NCBI GenBank assembly: GCA_026397405.1
Contig: JAPLUW010000001.1
Location: forward strand, 43,138-107,137
Reading direction: 5' to 3'
DNA length: 64,000 bases
Source: Candidatus Adlerbacteria bacterium
Lineage (GTDB): Bacteria; Patescibacteriota; Minisyncoccia; Phycocordibacterales; SBAW01
A program made the position numbers and the translations under genes. The notes under the pieces are model-generated. The model was not told the origin of the DNA. It saw only the letters and a list, made by a program, of their open reading frames with translations, and made no database searches. This document shows, piece by piece, positions 57,769 to 64,000 of this stretch (positions within the stretch are counted from its first letter, which is position 1; the number at the start of each line of letters is the position of its first letter).

Positions 57769-58724
57769 AATATATTTCTATATTGCTCGAATATATTTTT
57801 AAAGACTCGCCTCTGCGGCATCTAGAACGCTATGCGAACGACTCTAGTGTGTTTGTGTCAGCACGTACATTAGTGCAGATGTACTACTTTTTTTTGCTCT
57901 TTATTTCTGTTGCATTGTTTACCTGGGACACATCATTTGGCGCGCAGACCCAAATAGAAACGCCGTGGCCTATAGGCTGGATTCCTTTCGTCGGGTTTGT
58001 TGCAGCCTATACGTTTGTCCGCATATTTTTTATTGCCGCCAGTGTACTTGCCGCGTGGAAGCCCCACTGGCGCCCGGCGCGCATACTTTCGTTCGTAGCG
58101 CTGTTTGAATTTTGCGCGCTCTATATATCAATACTGCAGCTCGACGTAGATGGGTATGGCCTACTACTTACCTCACTCCTGTTTATTTTTTTACCGCTAG
58201 GATACGAAAAAATGGATGCACCTGTTGTTGTACGGATGAAATTTTTACTCGTTTTTTTTGCTGTTCAGGTGGAAAATTTACTTACCTATACCATGGGAGG
58301 CATCGGCAAACTCTATGGCGCGGCAGTGCAAATTGCAGCTGGGCAGTCGAACTTCTTTAGTCTCCATGCACCAGCACTCCAAATCGCCGACAGGCAGCTG
58401 CTCACCGGTGTACATACAGCGCTGGGGTCCTGGGCAGTAGAACATTACCTGCTTATATACCCGTGGTACCTCTTCACGCTCTACCTACTCCTCTTTTCCT
58501 TTTTTGTCGCATTCCGGCCAAAGTTGCATCGCACGTGGGGGCTGTTACTCATACTCTTCCATGTTGGTAATTACTTAGTGATAAACATTGGGTTTGTGTC
58601 GCATATATTTTTATGGTCACTACTATTACTCGCATCACCCTTTGCACCTACAAAAGTTTCTGTGAAAGAATTTCTCTGCAACCTGCCTGTTGTTGACGTA
58701 GTGTTTAAAAAAATATTGCGATGA
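57765..58724 (+). CDS. HTTM-like polytopic membrane protein (SdpB / gamma-carboxylase-related)
   Basis: Multiple TMs; YTMGGIGKL and ILFHVG...IGF resemble HTTM motifs. Confidence 0.65.
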   Translation: MKYISILLEYIFKDSPLRHLERYANDSSVFVSARTLVQMYYFFLLFISVALFTWDTSFGAQTQIETPWPIGWIPFVGFVAAYTFVRIFFIAASVLAAWKPHWRPARILSFVALFEFCALYISILQLDVDGYGLLLTSLLFIFLPLGYEKMDAPVVVRMKFLLVFFAVQVENLLTYTMGGIGKLYGAAVQIAAGQSNFFSLHAPALQIADRQLLTGVHTALGSWAVEHYLLIYPWYLFTLYLLLFSFFVAFRPKLHRTWGLLLILFHVGNYLVINIGFVSHIFLWSLLLLASPFAPTKVSVKEFLCNLPVVDVVFKKILR

Positions 58725-59623
58725 CACGAACACACATTATTTTTATTTCTGGTGCAGTGTTCACCGTAGGTAGTGCATGCATACTATATTTTTTTCTGTT
58801 TTCAAACTCGTACACACTCCGCACTGTTCCTATACACGTACAAAATGTAGAACGCGAATATTTGCTGTATGCACCCACACACACAAACACGCCGCTCCCT
58901 GTTGTGCTGGTGTTCCACGGCGGCGGTGGCCCGCTTGGCTCTGCTGAACTCATGGCGCAGTATTCGGGCTGGAAGGAAAAAGCACAAAAAGAGGGCTTTA
59001 TTGTAGTGTTTACGCAAGGCACCTTAGAAAACCCCTCGAGGCCTCTGAACCTTACCTTGGGCGACCCTAATCGTAATATCCGCCTGTGGCATGTGGGCGA
59101 ACATATTCCACCTGTCACACACGATGATGTCGACGACGTTACCTATGTGCGCGCAATACTCGGCGATATAACTTTTAAATACAACGTTAATCGGGAACAC
59201 ATATTTGCCACTGGTTTTTCAAACGGCGCTACATTCGCCTACCGCCTCGGGAGTGAAATGTCGGACACGCTGGCAGCCATAGCTCCTGTCGCAGGGCTTT
59301 TATACAACTCCTTCCCTACACCACAAACCCCCGTATCCCTTCTTTCTATTGTTGGGACATCCGACCCAGTGCCCCCAGCAGAAACTCCGGGAGAACTAAT
59401 TCCTGTAATAGACCCCCCTACAGCATGGGCACACTTCGACCACTGTACTGAACCAGCCGGGCAAAAGGCTGAACTGGGAGTACGGACAGAAACTTTTACC
59501 TCATGTGCTAGTAGCACTGAAGTGCGCGATATATATATAACAGGGCTCGCGCACACATACCCTGCAGCCGCAACCGACCTAGCCTGGGACTTTTTTAAGA
59601 GCCATCCAAAAAAAGAAAACTAG
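58721..59623 (+). CDS. Secreted alpha/beta-hydrolase (LpqC / PHB depolymerase-like esterase)
   Basis: VFHGGGG, DDVTY, GFSNG nucleophile elbow, GTSDP, HTYP. Confidence 0.85.
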   Translation: MTRTHIIFISGAVFTVGSACILYFFLFSNSYTLRTVPIHVQNVEREYLLYAPTHTNTPLPVVLVFHGGGGPLGSAELMAQYSGWKEKAQKEGFIVVFTQGTLENPSRPLNLTLGDPNRNIRLWHVGEHIPPVTHDDVDDVTYVRAILGDITFKYNVNREHIFATGFSNGATFAYRLGSEMSDTLAAIAPVAGLLYNSFPTPQTPVSLLSIVGTSDPVPPAETPGELIPVIDPPTAWAHFDHCTEPAGQKAELGVRTETFTSCASSTEVRDIYITGLAHTYPAAATDLAWDFFKSHPKKEN

Positions 59624-59631
59624 GAGGTTTC

Positions 59632-62600
59632 TTAGAGGGACGCGCTGTCGAGGGCAGCAGCGGTAGAGCTTATAGGTTCTATACCACGGGCAGGTGCTGC
59701 CTGGCCTGTAGTTGTAGTTTCAAGTTCATGCCCCTTATACGAACCGCCTTGGTCGGGGCGGACGTTTGGCCACTTCGCAGAGTCGTAGCGGTTTGCGATA
59801 AAGCGCGCTGACACTTCCCCTGGTTGCGAAGTAGAGATTATAACCGCTGCTTCGTTTGGTACTTTGGTGTAGAAGACGCTACCGTCAAACGACGCCGTAA
59901 GGTTAATAACCAAATTCTTCCAGTTCGTACCGAAGTCTGTCACTTGGTAGAAGAGCCAGAGGTCCGAGCCCTTGTCGAGGTCTTTAAATGATATTTTTGT
60001 TTCGTACTTGCCAGTCTTTGCGTTTTTATTTGTAACTTCAAGCACCTCAACAGCTTCTTCTTTAATACCCACAGTTGAGTGGCCGTAGGTTGCATATTTT
60101 AAGCCATCAATTGTGTACACAGGGTCGATAGTGCCGACGTCGAGTTTACCGGTGATTTTTATGTCACCCATAAAGGTCGATGTTGCCGTACCCATGCCGC
60201 TTACGCCCCCGGCACCGACAAAGAGCCTGTCGGATATAGAGAATTGGCGTGTTGGTGTTGTAGTACCTATACCAACACTCCCGTTTCGGTCGACGATAAA
60301 TACCTTTTGGTTCGACGATGTTGCAATTTGGAACAAGTCTTCCGAAGTGCTTTGTGACTCTATTGTCAGGCGATATTTTGGCGTGGTGGTACCGATACCG
60401 ATGTTTGTCTCGGCAATAATGTTGCCAGTGCCTGTTGGTGTACCAGTTGGGCATGCAACACCCGAACATACCCACAAGTTGCTGTCATACAGCGTAGCAT
60501 CTTGACCTTGTGGGGTAATGGTTAAGTCGCCCGTTGAGTTCGTCAAAAAGTCTGTGTAGCGGCTGGTGTCATAGGCAACTGTCATCTGCGCAGTCGACAC
60601 TGCAGACTGTATCGACATTGCACGTGACGGCGAAGTGCTACCAATACCCACGTTACCTGCAAATGTAGAAGCTGTGGTTGATGTTGCCGTAAAGAATCCT
60701 GCGAGCGCGCTCGTACCTAAGTCTGAGTTTCCATTTACTGAGAGTGTGCGCCATGGCGTGGTGGTGCCAACACCAACATTGCCGGTAGAACCAATAGTCA
60801 TCCACGTGTTGCTTGCGTTCATGTCAGTGAAGTAAAGTGGCGCGCCGTTACCCGAAGTTCCTTTCGTCGCAGATTGTATGTAGTTAATTCCACTCGTCGA
60901 AGTGAACTTCAAATATCCTTGAGCTGCTGAACTTACAGACATTGATCCGTTAACCGAAAAGGCTTGGTCGGGTGTCGTTGTGCCAACACCAACGTTGCCA
61001 CCACCTGGGTTAAGGTTTAAATAGCGGTATCCAGTGCCATTCTTAACTGCCTGTATCCAGCTGTAGTCGCCGTCGTGGACACCAAAGACGAGTTTTTCGT
61101 CCGTGAGCAAACCAGTACCGGTTGAAAGTTCAAAGTGTGTGCTGCGGTCGGTCGCAGCTTGCGAGGAACCTACAACTTCAAGTTTTGCTAGGGGGTTTGT
61201 AGTAACGATGCCGACACTTCCTCCGAATGAGGTAATTCCTGAACTGCTAAATGTGTTTGCCGCATTGAGCAGTGGCACGTTAGTGCTGAGTACATTGTCT
61301 GACAATGTGTGCGAGCCAGTGATGTTTGCAGCAGTGAGGTTGGTCAAGTTTGCACCAGAGACTGCACCGAAGGAGCCACTCCATGTACCTGAGGTGATAG
61401 TTCCAACTGTTGTGATGTCAGTACCAACCAACTTCGACGCAGCAATGGAACCTGCCAACATCGCGTTTGTGATAGATGTGTTTGCAATACCAAACGTTCC
61501 TCCAACGCCTCCTACCAAAGAACCAAGCGTGCCTGAGTATGTGAGTACGGAACCTATCGCCGGGGCTGTGGTGGCGACGTTGGCAAAGGTGTTTACGCCT
61601 GAGAAATATGGGATGTTACCAACAACTGCGGCCGTAGAGGTAGAAAGGCCTCCGAAGGAAATTGCTGGTGTTGTACCGCCAGACGAGATTACTGGCCAGG
61701 TGCCGGTGACGGAGGTGACACCACTAGTGCTTGGTGTCGTGGTAGCTATTATTTGTCCGCTTGCATTAACCGCAATAAATGTTCCTGCAGCCGTACCAAG
61801 TGGAGAAAGTGTTAGCGTTGATGTTGCAGTAATTGCTCCACCAAAGAATGCGGTACCTGAATGATATGAATTACCTTGGACAGAAAGCGCAGAGGTGGGA
61901 GTTGTAGTACCAATCCCCACACTACCTGCGCTTGTTGCAAAGTATGCATTCCCTGTCGAACCAATTTGAGTGGTTGATGCGTTTGCAAATATTGCAGTGC
62001 CAGTGAAAGTTGGTGAACCTGCAAGCGCTACAGCACCACTTCCAGTTGTGCCATTGGAGAGATCAGATGCTGCAAGCTGGCTCACAGTGATAGCACCACC
62101 GGATGATGACTGCCTGAGTACTTGTGAAGCACCGCCTGTTGCAGAAAGGTCTGCATTGGTGCCGCCGTATGCAAGACCAATTTTTGTTCCCTGCCATACA
62201 CCAGTGCCGATTGTTCCTACAGTTGCAATGTCACTACCAACCAATTTTGATGCAGCGATACTTCCCGCCAAGTCTGCGTTCACAATTGCACCTGTCAGTG
62301 ACAGTTTGCTGTAGGCAATCGAGCCTGCGAGCATCGCGTTGGTGACAGCGCTGTTTGCAATACCGAAGGTGCCACCCACCCCTCCTACAAGGCTGCCTAA
62401 TGTGCCTGAATAGGTCAAGACTGAGCCTATGGCAGGTGCCGAGGTCGCAACATTGGCAAAGGTGTTTACGCCTGAGTAGTACGGGATATTGCCCACGACT
62501 GCGGCTGTTGATGTGGAGAGGCCTCCAAATGATAAGGCAGGAGTGTTGCCGCCTGAAGAAATAATCGGCCAGGTGCCGGAGACGGAGGTGACAGCCGAGG

Positions 62601-64000
62601 TAAGGTACGTACTGGTATCAACTGACAACGTTCCATCACTGCTTGTTTTTACAAAACCAGCAGATGCCAAGTTAGAGAGTTTGCTGATGCTCTGTATGCT
62701 GTTTACGTTAAATGCATTACCTGTGTATGTAAGACCAGTGCCCGCTGTTGTTGTTGCACCTGATGAGACGAGGCCGCCGAAGACTGCGAGGGCTCCGTCT
62801 GAGAGCGATGGTAAGTGGAATGTTCCGCTAAATGTAGATGAGGCATTAGAGAAAATTCCTCCAGTCAAAAATCCTACAACTGATGTGGTGGAGACATATC
62901 CAGAATTTGTAGTAAATGGATATGCAAAACCAGATTTATTATTAAACGTAGACCAATCAGTTGACGTCAAAAGACCAGACAATGTTGCGCTTGCATTCTG
63001 GAACAACGACGACGTTGCAACTGCTGTCGGTGCTGCAGACCCAGAGGTATTGTTTGCAAGCACCGTGTTTGCAGCAATTGCTGGGAAGTCTGTGAGGGCA
63101 GCGGTGGAAACAACACCAGATGATGCTTTGAGAAGACCTGTCAGTGATGTTGCAAGTGTGGTCTGACCTTGAACTGTAAGTGTCGATGTTGCTGTTACTG
63201 CCCCACCGAAGAATGCGGTGCCAGACGTATATTGATTGCCTTGGATAGAAAGCCTACTTGTAGGCGTACTTGAGCCAACACCAACATTTCCCACAAAGGT
63301 GTTATTACCCGTATTACTAAAGGCGTTCGCAGCGTCCAGCAATGGCACATTTGTGCTCAACACCCCGTCTGGGAGGGTATGCGAACCGGTGACATTTGCA
63401 GCGGTGAGGTTGGTGAGGTTTGCACCCGATACTGTGCCAAAGGAGCCACTCCATGTACCCGAAGTTACTGTACCAACAGTAGTTATATCGGTTCCTACGA
63501 GTTTTGAAGCCGCGATACTTCCGGCCAAGTCAGCATTCAAAATAGCACCTGTCAGTGAGAGCTTGCTGTATGCAATACTGCCTGCCAAGTCTGCGTTCAA
63601 GATTGCCCCGGTCAACGCAAGTTTGCTGTAGGCAATTGAGCCTGCGAGCATTGCGTTGGTAATGGATGTGTTAGCGATGCCGAAGGTGCCTCCTACACCA
63701 CCCACGAGGCTTCCCAATGTGCCTGAGTATGTAAGTACCGAACCAATTGCCGGTGCAGACGTTGCAACGTTAGCAAAGGTGTTTAGGCCTGAGTAGTACG
63801 GGATGTTGCCGACAACTGCGGCTGTTGATGTGGAGAGGCCATTAAAGCCCACTGTGGCGCCTGTAAGCGTTATAGGCCAGGCCGCAGCGATTGTTGCTTG
63901 TTTGTTGTTAAACGTAGACCAGTCAGTACCGCTGAGGCAGCCTGCAACACCGGCCGAGGCAGCAGTACAACTTACGTTCCCGTTTGAAAATACCAGTGGC
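59632..64000 (-). CDS. Giant Ser/Thr/Gly-rich fibre-like surface protein (5' end beyond the window)
   Basis: Frame stays open to the window edge; many GNVG(I/V)GTTTP motifs, three ~70-aa internal repeats, distinct C-terminal domain. Confidence 0.9.
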   Translation of the reverse strand, partial: PLVFSNGNVSCTAASAGVAGCLSGTDWSTFNNKQATIAAAWPITLTGATVGFNGLSTSTAAVVGNIPYYSGLNTFANVATSAPAIGSVLTYSGTLGSLVGGVGGTFGIANTSITNAMLAGSIAYSKLALTGAILNADLAGSIAYSKLSLTGAILNADLAGSIAASKLVGTDITTVGTVTSGTWSGSFGTVSGANLTNLTAANVTGSHTLPDGVLSTNVPLLDAANAFSNTGNNTFVGNVGVGSSTPTSRLSIQGNQYTSGTAFFGGAVTATSTLTVQGQTTLATSLTGLLKASSGVVSTAALTDFPAIAANTVLANNTSGSAAPTAVATSSLFQNASATLSGLLTSTDWSTFNNKSGFAYPFTTNSGYVSTTSVVGFLTGGIFSNASSTFSGTFHLPSLSDGALAVFGGLVSSGATTTAGTGLTYTGNAFNVNSIQSISKLSNLASAGFVKTSSDGTLSVDTSTYLTSAVTSVSGTWPIISSGGNTPALSFGGLSTSTAAVVGNIPYYSGVNTFANVATSAPAIGSVLTYSGTLGSLVGGVGGTFGIANSAVTNAMLAGSIAYSKLSLTGAIVNADLAGSIAASKLVGSDIATVGTIGTGVWQGTKIGLAYGGTNADLSATGGASQVLRQSSSGGAITVSQLAASDLSNGTTGSGAVALAGSPTFTGTAIFANASTTQIGSTGNAYFATSAGSVGIGTTTPTSALSVQGNSYHSGTAFFGGAITATSTLTLSPLGTAAGTFIAVNASGQIIATTTPSTSGVTSVTGTWPVISSGGTTPAISFGGLSTSTAAVVGNIPYFSGVNTFANVATTAPAIGSVLTYSGTLGSLVGGVGGTFGIANTSITNAMLAGSIAASKLVGTDITTVGTITSGTWSGSFGAVSGANLTNLTAANITGSHTLSDNVLSTNVPLLNAANTFSSSGITSFGGSVGIVTTNPLAKLEVVGSSQAATDRSTHFELSTGTGLLTDEKLVFGVHDGDYSWIQAVKNGTGYRYLNLNPGGGNVGVGTTTPDQAFSVNGSMSVSSAAQGYLKFTSTSGINYIQSATKGTSGNGAPLYFTDMNASNTWMTIGSTGNVGVGTTTPWRTLSVNGNSDLGTSALAGFFTATSTTASTFAGNVGIGSTSPSRAMSIQSAVSTAQMTVAYDTSRYTDFLTNSTGDLTITPQGQDATLYDSNLWVCSGVACPTGTPTGTGNIIAETNIGIGTTTPKYRLTIESQSTSEDLFQIATSSNQKVFIVDRNGSVGIGTTTPTRQFSISDRLFVGAGGVSGMGTATSTFMGDIKITGKLDVGTIDPVYTIDGLKYATYGHSTVGIKEEAVEVLEVTNKNAKTGKYETKISFKDLDKGSDLWLFYQVTDFGTNWKNLVINLTASFDGSVFYTKVPNEAAVIISTSQPGEVSARFIANRYDSAKWPNVRPDQGGSYKGHELETTTTGQAAPARGIEPISSTAAALDSASL

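Noticed and set aside
59632-64000. Phage tail fibre indicating a prophage
   Set aside because: No capsid, terminase, portal or integrase genes; the context is cellular surface genes.

Overview
64 kb from a small-genome bacterium, most likely Patescibacteria/CPR (Parcubacteria-like). This is inferred from the hinge-less SMC, short PheS and EF-Ts, split transketolase, NusB-NUDIX fusion and widespread leaderless -10 boxes; genetic code 11 fits. 1-39 kb is mostly housekeeping (rnr, smc, rnc, nusB, rpmF, rnhB, dnaE, thrS, gyrB, pheST, tRNA-Thr, tsf, rpsB, prfA, rpmE, rplY and a fba/pfkB/tkt/rpe/rpiB/gap cluster), interrupted by a sortase locus with two matched (L/V)PYTG substrates. 39-64 kb is an accessory cell-surface region. 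Main candidates for undescribed biology: (1) seven membrane-anchored Cys-rich paralogs with five invariant His (HxxxH...H...CxHxxGH), two fused to Cys-less cupredoxin domains, clustered with an adenylate-forming ligase, a small peptide ending CGGVY and an HTTM pair; (2) a Thr T-box riboswitch combining an ultrashort Stem I with an intrinsic terminator; (3) a sortase system with an extended sorting signal; (4) in-frame palindromic insertions in several housekeeping genes; (5) three tandem stand-alone copies of a fibre C-terminal-like domain with a homogenised 114-bp 3' end. All family calls come from motif recognition by eye; no searches were run.
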